The notes beneath the pieces are model-generated. The model was not told where the DNA came from. It made no database searches and saw only the letters and a program-made list of their open reading frames with translations. Positions 28,151 to 37,026 of a stretch of 64,000 bases of DNA are shown here, one piece after another. The stretch is from an uncultured Candidatus Saccharibacteria bacterium. Its GTDB lineage: Bacteria; Patescibacteriota; Minisyncoccia; Portnoybacterales; UBA2143. The first letter of the stretch is position 1. Each line of letters starts with the position of its first letter. The stretch is taken from contig CAZQLH010000001.1 of NCBI GenBank assembly GCA_964594155.1, positions 1,448-65,447 on the forward strand, read 5' to 3'. Position numbers and translations under genes: made by a program.

Positions 28151-28386
28151 AGTTAATTAATAAGCGGGAGCGTGAGAATTCTGACCCTTTGGGGTTCCAA
28201 TGCCCTCCTATTGGAACGGGTTTTATGCCTAAAGGATTCTCACTCTTCTGCTTGTTAGTTGTATTAACAGCAGAGGCATTTCTTTCTATCTTTAATTGGG
28301 TCTAACTCAATTAGTAGTTTTAAGAAATGTTGATTATTAAAATTATAATATACATAAAAGCCCCTTTTGGGGCTTTTATGTTTTTA
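28151..28386 (+). ncRNA. candidate structured RNA B (~235 nt, unknown class; 6S-like possibility)
   Basis: Multiple nested stems (gugagaau/auucucac; uuccaau/auuggaa; cugcuuguua/uaacagcag). Ends at the intrinsic terminator. Confidence 0.3.
28357..28386. terminator. bidirectional intrinsic terminator
   Basis: aaaagcccc-tttt-ggggctttt with flanking T/A runs. Lies downstream of the minus-strand gene at 28416..29045. Confidence 0.7.
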
Positions 28387-28415
28387 ATAATATAATTAAT
28401 AAATAAAGAACTATG

Positions 28416-29045
28416 TTACCAGGCAACTAATGCGCTGTATTGTTCAAGATTCTTTAGTTGGCTTGGCGTTAATTGCAGAGAAGCGTCTATAGCTTCTTTA
28501 ATTAAATCTTCTGAAAAGGAAACCTCTTCGTTAACTTCTAAAGGCCTTGAGCCGATTTTATCTTTAAGATAGTCCTCAATGTAGATTTTATGTTCATTAG
28601 TTAATTCTTGAGGATTATCTTTAAGATGGTTTTTAAGAGCCCGTCGAGCCAAATGAGTTACTCCTTCTCCTAAGTTTGCTTTTTCTATAATTGCGCCGCC
28701 TTCTTTTCTGGATTCTGGTATGATTTCCTGAATAGTAATTTCTTTACTGTCATCTTGTTGGCTGTCTTCAGTTAATCCAGTTAAGCCTTCAATATCAGCA
28801 ATTTGTTCTTCTTGGTTTAAATCTTCATCTAGAATAAGCGTTGCTTCTTTTCCTTTTTGATTAGCGTATAGATAAATGCCGCCAGCTAGAATTAGAAGAG
28901 CAATAATTGGAAGAATGACAGAACTGCCGTATTTATTGATCCATCCTTTGATTTTTGCGCTCCAATTCTTTTTATTGTCTAATCCGAATTGCGGACCAGA
29001 AATTGGTTGAGAAGGTTTTGGGTTTCCTGGATTTTGATTATTCAT
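28416..29045 (-). CDS. hypothetical membrane-anchored protein
   Basis: ORF with one N-terminal TM and an acidic C-terminal region. Confidence 0.5.
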   Translation of the reverse strand: MNNQNPGNPKPSQPISGPQFGLDNKKNWSAKIKGWINKYGSSVILPIIALLILAGGIYLYANQKGKEATLILDEDLNQEEQIADIEGLTGLTEDSQQDDSKEITIQEIIPESRKEGGAIIEKANLGEGVTHLARRALKNHLKDNPQELTNEHKIYIEDYLKDKIGSRPLEVNEEVSFSEDLIKEAIDASLQLTPSQLKNLEQYSALVAW

Positions 29046-29116
29046 GATTATTTCTTTTAATCTGATCTTTTTATTTGGTTTCGACCTTTTCCTCCACCCT
29101 AATATTCAATTTTTAA

Positions 29117-30811
29117 TTAAACTTTAATTATGACTGATAAAACCATTGGCCGTCTTTGTGTTTTAGTATAAAGGAATTGTCCGATTTTGTCACGTATATT
29201 ATCCTTAGTGTGATTCCAATTTGTTGTGTATTCAGATGAAGATGCTTGAGAGATGATTTTTTTGACTTTTTCTCTGGTTTGGTTAAGTAGTTCTTTTGAT
29301 TCTCGCAAATAAACAAAACCGCGGGAAATAATATCTGGCTCGCCTCTGACCTTGCCTGTTTTACTGTCAACTAAGGCAATAATAACAAACATGCCATCTT
29401 TGGCCATTTCTTGTCTATCTCTTAGCACAACTTGGCCAACATCGCCAACGCCTAATCCATCTACCATAACATAGCTTGCTGGAACTGTTTCCTTGCTTAA
29501 TCTGATTGAGTTTTGATTAAGCAAAATTACATTTCCATTGCCAGCTACCATGATATTTTTTAAGGGAATACCAACGCTTTCAGCAATTTCTCCGTGTAAT
29601 TTCAGCATATAGTAACTGCCGTGGATAGGAATAAAGAATTTGGGGCGGATTAGGTTAATCATTAATTTAAGGTCTTCTTCTTGAGCGTGTCCGCCAGCAT
29701 GAATATCCATCATTTGGTAGTGATAGACGCGCGCGCCTTGCCTCCAGAGATTATCTTTTAAGCCCTGGACAGATCTTTCATTGCCTGGAACAACTGAAGA
29801 TGAAAAAGCAATCGCATCGCCTTTTTGTATTTTAATATGGCGGTGTTCTTGATTGGCAACTTTCATTAGAACAGCGTTTCCTTCGCCTTGAGCGCCAGTA
29901 CAAAGCACTACTGTCTTATTTGGCGGATAATTATCTATTTGATTTATTTTAATCAAAGTTCCTTTTTGTACTTTAAGGTAATTTAGTTTTTTAGTGATTT
30001 CAACGTTCATTTTCATGCTATATCCTTCAATAGCTACTTTGCGATTGTATTTTTCAGCTAAATTGATTACTTCCTGAATACGGCTGATTAAAGAGGCAAA
30101 GGTAGCTACAATAATACGTCCAGGCACTTCTCTGAAAATAATTTCTAAATTATCTTGAATGTCTTTTTCAGAAACAGAATGGCCGGGTTTTTCCGCGCTA
30201 GTGCTGTCAGACATTAAAGCCAGAACATTGCCATTGGCTATTTCAGAAATACGGGAAATATCTGCTGGTTCGTCGCCAATAGGGCTGTGGTCGAATTTAA
30301 AGTCGCCTGTATGGACAATTCTGCCCACAGGCGTGTCAATCGCTAAGCCAACTCCATCAGGGATATTATGGTTAACATGGAAGAATTCAATCTTAAAACA
30401 GCCTAATTTAATCTTGTCGGTCTTTTTTATTTCATGAATATTTAGTTTAGGCGCTTTGGGAAAGTCATCCTGTCTTCTCATGATAATTCCTCGAGTCAGT
30501 GGAGTTGTGTAAATAGGCGGATTGCCTAATCGTCTCATTGAATGAGGAATAGCTCCAATATGGTCATAATGGCCATGGGTGATAATAACACCTTTGATTT
30601 TTTCTTTTTTGTCTTTAAGATAGGCAGTATTAGGGATAATATAGTCAATTCCAGGCATATCTTCTTCAGGGAATTGCAGGCCCATATCAATGATAATAAT
30701 ATCCCCGCCTGCCGGCGAGGCAGGATTATCATATTCAAAAATCATCATATTGCGGCCGATTTCACCTAAGCCGCCTAAAGGAATAATTTTTAAGTTTTGC
30801 GTTTTTTTCAT
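29117..30811 (-). CDS. rnj: ribonuclease J
   Basis: Metallo-beta-lactamase HGHYDH motif plus beta-CASP and C-terminal domain; 564 aa. Confidence 0.9.
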   Translation of the reverse strand: MKKTQNLKIIPLGGLGEIGRNMMIFEYDNPASPAGGDIIIIDMGLQFPEEDMPGIDYIIPNTAYLKDKKEKIKGVIITHGHYDHIGAIPHSMRRLGNPPIYTTPLTRGIIMRRQDDFPKAPKLNIHEIKKTDKIKLGCFKIEFFHVNHNIPDGVGLAIDTPVGRIVHTGDFKFDHSPIGDEPADISRISEIANGNVLALMSDSTSAEKPGHSVSEKDIQDNLEIIFREVPGRIIVATFASLISRIQEVINLAEKYNRKVAIEGYSMKMNVEITKKLNYLKVQKGTLIKINQIDNYPPNKTVVLCTGAQGEGNAVLMKVANQEHRHIKIQKGDAIAFSSSVVPGNERSVQGLKDNLWRQGARVYHYQMMDIHAGGHAQEEDLKLMINLIRPKFFIPIHGSYYMLKLHGEIAESVGIPLKNIMVAGNGNVILLNQNSIRLSKETVPASYVMVDGLGVGDVGQVVLRDRQEMAKDGMFVIIALVDSKTGKVRGEPDIISRGFVYLRESKELLNQTREKVKKIISQASSSEYTTNWNHTKDNIRDKIGQFLYTKTQRRPMVLSVIIKV

Positions 30812-30814
30812 AAG

Positions 30815-31528
30815 TTATTTCCAGTCATATTTTCCTGGATTTTTCAAAAAGTCCAGTTTTTTTAAATCATTAACCAGATGATACATTTCTTTATTTTTGT
30901 CTATATTAAATTTATCCAGCCAGAGATTTGGCTCTTTGAATCTTAAATCAGGAACTAAATCATAATTTTTATTCTTAACCCAGTTTATTTCCCCGGTATT
31001 GCTTTTTAAGGCATAGTAGCAAAAGCCGCGCTTTTGCCTGAATGGCTTGTAAATATTAGATTCAAAATTATTGCAAATCCAATTAGCTGTTTGCAGTTCT
31101 TTTCCAGAAGCATTTATTATTAGATGTTCGTAATTAGGCGGAACAATTATTTTGTCTCCTTTTTTAGCTTTAATTGCGTAAACGTCTTTTATGTTATCTC
31201 TTTTTGAATCTTGGAGCAGGAAAATAGCTTGGCCGTGTAAAACTTGGTAAATCTCTGGATAGGTTAAATTGCTATTAGGCGCAATAGGATGATCATGGCC
31301 AGCTGTTTTATTGAATTCCTGGCCTAAGATAATAAAGGGGATAATAGTGATATCATACCTAAGGCCGTGTTTGTGAATTAAATCCTTTTCCTCTTTATTA
31401 TCAGCTAAATCGCGATACATGTAGTAAAGTTTTAAATCAGGCGCGGTTTTAACCCATTTTTGGTCAAAAAGCGCTTCTTTTATTTCAGCTAAATAACGAA
31501 TTTTCGGCTTAAGTTTTTTTATTTGCAT
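30815..31528 (-). CDS. cupin-type (archaeal-type) glucose-6-phosphate isomerase
   Basis: cPGI-like TAGHDHP..PEIYQVLHG..PPNYEH metal-binding signatures. Confidence 0.55.
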   Translation of the reverse strand: MQIKKLKPKIRYLAEIKEALFDQKWVKTAPDLKLYYMYRDLADNKEEKDLIHKHGLRYDITIIPFIILGQEFNKTAGHDHPIAPNSNLTYPEIYQVLHGQAIFLLQDSKRDNIKDVYAIKAKKGDKIIVPPNYEHLIINASGKELQTANWICNNFESNIYKPFRQKRGFCYYALKSNTGEINWVKNKNYDLVPDLRFKEPNLWLDKFNIDKNKEMYHLVNDLKKLDFLKNPGKYDWK

Positions 31529-31538
31529 TTTAATAAAA

Positions 31539-33290
31539 TTACTGCTTCCAGATCCTATTGATTTTTATAAACCAGTTTTCTACTTGGGAAAATCTTTGGG
31601 ATGGCTGAGCTAATTTTTCTATGGAAATCCCCCTGATATTCTTTTTAACCGGATAAAGATAAGAAGGACTGTGCAGGAAAATAGCTGGAATGTCTTCAAT
31701 TAATAATTTTTGAAATTCAATGTATTTCTGTATTCTTTTTTCTTGATCCATTGTTTGCCTAGCTTCTTCTAAAAGCTTATCCACTTTCTTATTTTGATAA
31801 AGAGACAGGTTTAAGCCAGGGTCTTTTTTTTGTGAAGAGTGCCAGAAAGCAAAAGGATCAGGATCAGCATTAAGCACTTCTCCAAAAAGCAATGCTTGAT
31901 ATTGCCTGGGCCTGATGTATTCTTGTTGAATAGCTGTTGCGTCAACTATCTTTAAATCAACTTTAAGGCCGATTTTTTGCCATTGTTCTTGAAGCAATCT
32001 GGCAGTTTGTTCTAATTCAGGCCAATCAGTGGTTAAAAGGGTGATTTCTAATTTTACTTCTTGATCATTAATTGTTTTTTCTCTGATTCCATCACTGTCT
32101 GAATCTTTCCATCCAGCTGCTTCTAAGATATTCTGGGCGTGTTCTAAGGCAAAATCATAAATCTTTGTTTCAGGATCATAACCCAGCCAATCAGGCAAAA
32201 GAGGGGAGTTAACTGGAATGCCTTGGTTTTGCAAGACCCGGCTAATAATTTCTTCTTTGTTGGTTGCGTGAGCCAGAGCAGTACGGACAACTTTATCAGA
32301 CAGGGCTTTGCTTTCTGTTTGGTTAAAAAAGACAGCATAATAGACAGGCAGATTAATTTTATGAATATTAAGATTGCTTTTTAACTTAGATTGATTAGCA
32401 GCTGAAAAAAAGCTTAATCCGTCAATTTTTCTTTTTTGATAGGCGCTAATTAAATCTGACTGGGTATTATAGAATTTAAGGATTATTTTCTCAATATATG
32501 GGCCTGGCAAATAAAAGTTTTCATTGCGAATTAGCTCCATTGATTCAATTTTTCCATTGTCATTTTTGCTGAATTCCTTGAATTTATAAGGGCCAGAGCC
32601 AATTGGCATAAGATTATACTGAGCCAAAGCAAAATTTGAAGCTGAAATGCCAAACCAGAGATGTCTTGGCAGGATGCCAACTGTTAGATTATGCAGAAAA
32701 GGAGCGTAAGCATTGTTTAGTTTAAAGCGAACAGTAAATTCATCAATCTTTTCTATTTCTACGCCTTGCCAATTATCTTTTAAAGGGCTCTTGTACTCGT
32801 AATCTTGAATGGTTTTAATGGTGAATATAACATCATTAACTGTTAATGGCTCTTTATCATGCCAATAAATATTTCTTTTCAAGGAAATATCATAATTCAG
32901 GCCATCTTCGCTAATAAAGTATTTTTCAGCTAAATCAGGAATAAGATTGCTTTGTTCATCGTATTTAAACAAACTAGAATAGATTAATTGGACTAAGTCC
33001 CTGTCTGCGTCATTGATTTGGGATAAAATAGGGTTGATAAAGCGCGGCTGGCCTAAAATACCTTCTTTGTACTGTCCTCCTAATTGAGGAATAATTTCTG
33101 TTTTATTGGAATAAGCGCCAAAAACAAGAATTGAAACAGAGATAATAATAATTAGAAACAAGCTGCGAACCAGCCAGCGTTCGCGGGAAGGCAGAATTTT
33201 AAAAAATTGTTTCCATTGCTGCCAAGTGGGTTTTTTACCTCCAGGGATAGGCAGTTTAGGAAACTTAATCCGTTTAAAACGCGATATCAA
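31539..33290 (-). CDS. ABC transporter substrate-binding protein, family 5 (oligopeptide/nickel type), orphan
   Basis: N-terminal signal anchor; SBP_bac_5-like architecture. Confidence 0.75.
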   Translation of the reverse strand: MISRFKRIKFPKLPIPGGKKPTWQQWKQFFKILPSRERWLVRSLFLIIIISVSILVFGAYSNKTEIIPQLGGQYKEGILGQPRFINPILSQINDADRDLVQLIYSSLFKYDEQSNLIPDLAEKYFISEDGLNYDISLKRNIYWHDKEPLTVNDVIFTIKTIQDYEYKSPLKDNWQGVEIEKIDEFTVRFKLNNAYAPFLHNLTVGILPRHLWFGISASNFALAQYNLMPIGSGPYKFKEFSKNDNGKIESMELIRNENFYLPGPYIEKIILKFYNTQSDLISAYQKRKIDGLSFFSAANQSKLKSNLNIHKINLPVYYAVFFNQTESKALSDKVVRTALAHATNKEEIISRVLQNQGIPVNSPLLPDWLGYDPETKIYDFALEHAQNILEAAGWKDSDSDGIREKTINDQEVKLEITLLTTDWPELEQTARLLQEQWQKIGLKVDLKIVDATAIQQEYIRPRQYQALLFGEVLNADPDPFAFWHSSQKKDPGLNLSLYQNKKVDKLLEEARQTMDQEKRIQKYIEFQKLLIEDIPAIFLHSPSYLYPVKKNIRGISIEKLAQPSQRFSQVENWFIKINRIWKQ

Positions 33291-33313
33291 GTTTTTTATT
33301 TTAGTAAAAATGT

Positions 33314-33535
33314 TTAGATAATAAGACTAAGAAATGCAGTGATGATAAATAGGACGGCTAAGACAATACTGCTGATAAAAAGGACTTTTTCAAATCCTCT
33401 TTTAGTGTAATAGCTTGCTCCGCTGCTGCCGCCGCCAAAAAGACCAGAAGAACCAGCTCCTCTTTGCTGGAGGAGAATAGTAATAATTAAACCTATAGAT
33501 ATAATGATTTGAGAAATAGTTAAAGCAGATTCCAT
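33314..33535 (-). CDS. secG: preprotein translocase subunit SecG
   Basis: MESALTISQIIISIGLIITILLQQ..GLFGGGSSG pattern. Start set at ATG 33535 to avoid overlap with the upstream gene. Confidence 0.7.
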   Translation of the reverse strand: MESALTISQIIISIGLIITILLQQRGAGSSGLFGGGSSGASYYTKRGFEKVLFISSIVLAVLFIITAFLSLII

Positions 33536-33539
33536 TGTT

Positions 33540-33887
33540 TTAATCCTTTTTTTTCTTTCCTGTTCCAAAAAACATATTAACTGCGCTGATAATCAATACT
33601 CCCCAGAAATATGCCCAAAAGCCAACAATAGTCAGTTCTGGCACAAAGTATTCTAATAACCACAAAAGAATTATATTAATGATTATTAAAAATAGTCCCA
33701 GAGTTACAACAATTAAAGGAGTGGAAATTAACCGCAAAACAGGCCTGATAAAAAAGTTAATCAGTCCTAATAATAGTCCAGTGATAAATAATGTCAAGAT
33801 ATCGCCTTCAAAAATAAAGCCTGGCACTAAATAATCAGCTAAAAAAATAGCCAAGGCATTGGTTAAAATTTGAGCAACAAACTTCAT
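33540..33887 (-). CDS. small 3-4 TM membrane protein (phage-holin-4_2/DUF-like)
   Basis: 115 aa, hydrophobic with Lys-rich C-terminus. Confidence 0.5.
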   Translation of the reverse strand: MKFVAQILTNALAIFLADYLVPGFIFEGDILTLFITGLLLGLINFFIRPVLRLISTPLIVVTLGLFLIIINIILLWLLEYFVPELTIVGFWAYFWGVLIISAVNMFFGTGKKKKD

Positions 33888-33942
33888 ATGTGATTATATA
33901 TTAACATGCAAAAAACACCCAGGTCAAGTTTTTTTATTCAAG

Positions 33943-34000
33943 AGGACAGTCATAGAAAATGATGTTCTTGGAACAAGGGCGTCATTTTTAGGACTGTCCT
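33943..34000 (-). repeat. island-boundary structured repeat, left copy (inverted relative to right copy)
   Basis: aggacagtc..gactgtcct terminal inverted arms with ~40-nt conserved interior. About 88% identical to the reverse complement of 43027..43084. Confidence 0.75.
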
Positions 34001-34003
34001 CTG

Positions 34004-34144
34004 TTATTTATCTTTTCTCTTCATTATTTTCTGCAGCTTAAAAACGCTCTTGCCTGAGACCTTCATTTTAGGCTTTCTTTTCTTTGCGCGCGTTTTTGCC
34101 TTTTTCTTAGCTTTTTCTTCAATTTGTTCTAAATCATTTTTCAT
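34004..34144 (-). CDS. small Lys-rich basic protein (46 aa)
   Basis: Minus-strand ATG at 34144..34142 preceded by TTGTTA-17-TATAAT (tgatataat). MKNDLEQIEEKAKKKAKTRAKKRKPKMKVSGKSVFKLQKIMKRKDK. Not in the ORF track. Confidence 0.4.
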   Translation of the reverse strand: MKNDLEQIEEKAKKKAKTRAKKRKPKMKVSGKSVFKLQKIMKRKDK

Positions 34145-34309
34145 AAGAAATATTATATCATATAAAAATATCTCTAACAATATCCTTGATATAGCATAAA
34201 TATTATGATATAGTAGTGGAAATAGAATAAATAAAAAATTGACTAAACTGATTAATAAAGGTATGCTTATTTTAGTTCTTTAATGAATTTAACTAAAAGG
34301 AGGGATAAT

Positions 34310-34594
34310 ATGAATCGAGAAATTGAAGCAGATATTCAGGAAGTGGATTTGACTGAATCAGTAAAATATCTTTATAGGATAACTACTCAATTACTGGATG
34401 CGGACAACTTAACTGTTTTACAAAAAGCTAATGTTGAATCAATTAAAACAATCTTTGGGCTTGTTTTAAACACAGTAGTATACCATGCCGCTCTGGAAGA
34501 GATTTGCCGTAAGATATTTGCAGACGCAAAAACAGACGAAGAACGTTTGCGCGCAATAGACAAGTTCTTTGCTGATTTAAAAGACCAAATATAG
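34310..34594 (+). CDS. hypothetical protein (94 aa)
   Basis: AAAGGAGGG RBS then ATG 34310. Confidence 0.55.
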   Translation: MNREIEADIQEVDLTESVKYLYRITTQLLDADNLTVLQKANVESIKTIFGLVLNTVVYHAALEEICRKIFADAKTDEERLRAIDKFFADLKDQI

Positions 34595-34618
34595 TATTTT
34601 CTGCAAAATCTTGAATAC

Positions 34619-34646
34619 AAACCACTGGAAAAACCAGTGGTTTTTA
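34619..34646 (+). terminator. intrinsic terminator
   Basis: aaaccactgg-aaaaa-ccagtggttttt perfect 10-bp stem plus T-run. Confidence 0.8.
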
Positions 34647-34648
34647 AA

Positions 34649-34677
34649 TTGACCAAAGATGGTTATAAGGGTATGAT
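34649..34677 (+). promoter_or_regulatory. promoter TTGACC-17-TATGAT immediately after terminator
   Basis: Part of the recurring tttttaaattgaccaaa junction module. Confidence 0.45.
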
Positions 34678-34688
34678 TAGAAGAGAAT

Positions 34689-34922
34689 ATGATAAAAACT
34701 TGTTTTGAAAAATTTAATAAAAAATTAGACTCTAGAAATAATGTTATTTACGTTTTTATTGATGCGTCTAACTTATGGGAAGCGCAAAAGGCAAAGGGAA
34801 GATTTTTAGATTATGAAAAGACCTTAGAATTAAGGACTGGCGGGGATGGATATTCTGATATATTAAAAATAGATGAGATTTGGGGGAAGGAACTAAGATA
34901 TAGGAAGGAAAAAAATAAATAA
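34689..34922 (+). CDS. hypothetical protein (77 aa)
   Basis: ORF only. Confidence 0.4.
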   Translation: MIKTCFEKFNKKLDSRNNVIYVFIDASNLWEAQKAKGRFLDYEKTLELRTGGDGYSDILKIDEIWGKELRYRKEKNK

Positions 34923-35067
34923 AAACCACCCTCCGCAAGGAAGGTGGCTCTTGGATGTAATACCCTAACGGTTCTATGCCAGAACCGATAGACATTCTAA
35001 GTATATATAATTCGGAAACCATTGTCAAGATTTGTTTTTTATCCACAAGCAAAAAGGTATTAAATCA

Positions 35068-35412
35068 ATGAAAAAATATATATTGCCAATTAGACAAACA
35101 GACCGCGCTACTTATAATCTAATAAAAAGCGGGGAAAAAAGAGTTGAAACACGAGCGGCTAGTCCCAGATATAAAGATATTAAAGATGGAGATATTGTTG
35201 TTTTTAAGTGCGGAAATGATAGTTTTGAGCGTATTGTGAAAAAAGCGCGGAAATTTAATAATGTAGATAAAATACTTGATCATTATGATGTTAAAGATAT
35301 AAATCCAGGCGTTAATACTGTAGAAGAACTTAAATTAATGTATAATTCTTATCCTAATTATGCTGAAAAACTTAAAAAATACGGGATTATAGCATTTGAG
35401 CTTTTAGAGTAG
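35068..35412 (+). CDS. ASCH (PUA-like) domain protein
   Basis: ~115 aa; GEKRVETR..GDIVVF pattern typical of ASCH. Confidence 0.55.
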   Translation: MKKYILPIRQTDRATYNLIKSGEKRVETRAASPRYKDIKDGDIVVFKCGNDSFERIVKKARKFNNVDKILDHYDVKDINPGVNTVEELKLMYNSYPNYAEKLKKYGIIAFELLE

Positions 35413-35430
35413 GTTTGGATTTTCCCGCGA

Positions 35431-36561
35431 ATGCGAGAAAGATTCGCAAAATCAATGAAAACCAAAAAAAACATCAAAACCCCGGAATTAAAAGCCCCAG
35501 CTGGCAATCTTGAAATGGTTAAAAAAGTCATTAAAGCTGGCGCAGACTCTATTTTTATTGGATTAGAGGACTGCAGCAGAAGAAGATATAATGAATTAAC
35601 CTTATTAGAAGCAATTTACGCGACTAAATGGGTTAAGCAAAAAAACAAGAAAATATATATTGCCTTAAACGCAGACATTTCAGATGATGAAATTCAAGGA
35701 GTTCTTGATTTAAGGGTTAAAGAATTAGTTAATAAAGGCGTAGACGGCTTTATTTTAAGGACGCCTAAATTAATGGAAAGAATAAGCAAAGAATACAGAA
35801 GAAAAGGCTATCCAAATTTAGAAGTTGTTGCAAGCGTTGGATGTAATATTCAAACATCAGAACAAATTAAAAAATATGCTGATTATGGAATTTCAACATT
35901 GGTTTTAAGCACAGAACTGTCAAAACGGCCTTATGATGACAAGAAGAAAAATCAATTGATAGAATTAAGGAAAACCGCTGATAAATACAATATTAAACTA
36001 GAGATTCTCAGCGCTTTAACAGCTTGTATTAAAGGTGTTGGAGGCGGCGACGCTAAAGGATGTGATTTATATAAATATGCGGAAAATCTTACTCGTAAAA
36101 TTACTCATGAACATACAGACGGATTTAAGCGTTCATATTTTGATTTTTTTCCGCATAAAGGAGGCGGTTGCTTAAGGTGGTGTAATATTATATTTGATCC
36201 AGAAATTCAGCAGCATATTCTGAATAATGGCGGAAATCAAGATGATATTGATGTATTAGTAAAACACAGAGAAAACAAAACTGGAAATATCAGCATAATA
36301 CATGATTATGAAATTCTTGATTTAATAAAAATTGGAATGGATGTTATAAAAATACAGGGCAGGGAAAATACTCCTCAATGGGCCGCAAAAATAACAAAGA
36401 CAATGAGAAGTATTATTGATAATCCATTGGAATCAGAAGTTGAAAAGCACAAAAAAAGCCTTAAAACACTCAAAAATGATTGGGATAAAAGAAGATTTCA
36501 AGGAGATACAAAACTATTGGCAGAATTTTACAAAAGAACAGGAAAACCCTCCAAGACCTAA
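35431..36561 (+). CDS. peptidase U32 family protein
   Basis: N-terminal ELKAPAGNLE (the U32 E-L-L-A-P-A-G signature). Confidence 0.75.
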   Translation: MRERFAKSMKTKKNIKTPELKAPAGNLEMVKKVIKAGADSIFIGLEDCSRRRYNELTLLEAIYATKWVKQKNKKIYIALNADISDDEIQGVLDLRVKELVNKGVDGFILRTPKLMERISKEYRRKGYPNLEVVASVGCNIQTSEQIKKYADYGISTLVLSTELSKRPYDDKKKNQLIELRKTADKYNIKLEILSALTACIKGVGGGDAKGCDLYKYAENLTRKITHEHTDGFKRSYFDFFPHKGGGCLRWCNIIFDPEIQQHILNNGGNQDDIDVLVKHRENKTGNISIIHDYEILDLIKIGMDVIKIQGRENTPQWAAKITKTMRSIIDNPLESEVEKHKKSLKTLKNDWDKRRFQGDTKLLAEFYKRTGKPSKT

Positions 36562-36598
36562 CATTGAAATTTAAATAATCATTTGTTATAATTACCAT

Positions 36599-36793
36599 AT
36601 GACCAAAGAAGAGTTTTTAAAAATTTACGCCAATATCCCAATTAATCTTCGCAAAGAGATTCTTCTTGTCTTAAAGGATAAAGAACCAATTACTTGGAAT
36701 GTTGCTTATCTTGAAATAAATCAAGATACTCAATTAGGGAAAGAAATTTTAAAAAAATTAGATTTAATATGGGGAAAAAGAAAAAGAAAATAA
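36599..36793 (+). CDS. hypothetical protein (64 aa)
   Basis: ORF only. Confidence 0.4.
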   Translation: MTKEEFLKIYANIPINLRKEILLVLKDKEPITWNVAYLEINQDTQLGKEILKKLDLIWGKRKRK

Positions 36794-37026
36794 AAAAAGA
36801 AATTAAGGATTTAGTTATAGCGCGGCTGGGGGTTTTACCACCAGATAAAAAGATTTCTATCGGCTCATCAGGTGAGTTTACTAAAGATGAGCTAATTGAG
36901 CATGTAGAGAAAGAGGATGTTATTGGAGAGAAGATAACCGAGATTGAATTGGCCTATCTCAAAGCAATAAAAGAAGGTATTTTTTATGAACAAGATTTTT
37001 CTAATTACCAGACCGAAGCACGATGA
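36769..37026 (+). CDS. hypothetical protein (85 aa)
   Basis: ORF only; overlaps its neighbours. Confidence 0.4.
   Translation: MGKKKKKIKKEIKDLVIARLGVLPPDKKISIGSSGEFTKDELIEHVEKEDVIGEKITEIELAYLKAIKEGIFYEQDFSNYQTEAR

Noticed and set aside
27990-28386. tmRNA, RNase P RNA or SRP RNA
   Set aside because: No tRNA-like 5'/3' ends or resume codon (tmRNA). No GGAAAGUCCGG/P4 motifs (RNase P). No GGAAGCAGCC-type domain IV (SRP). Class left open.
30159-30881. Several short ORFs on both strands within and overlapping the RNase J gene
   Set aside because: Embedded in a confidently identified RNase J CDS; no independent signals.
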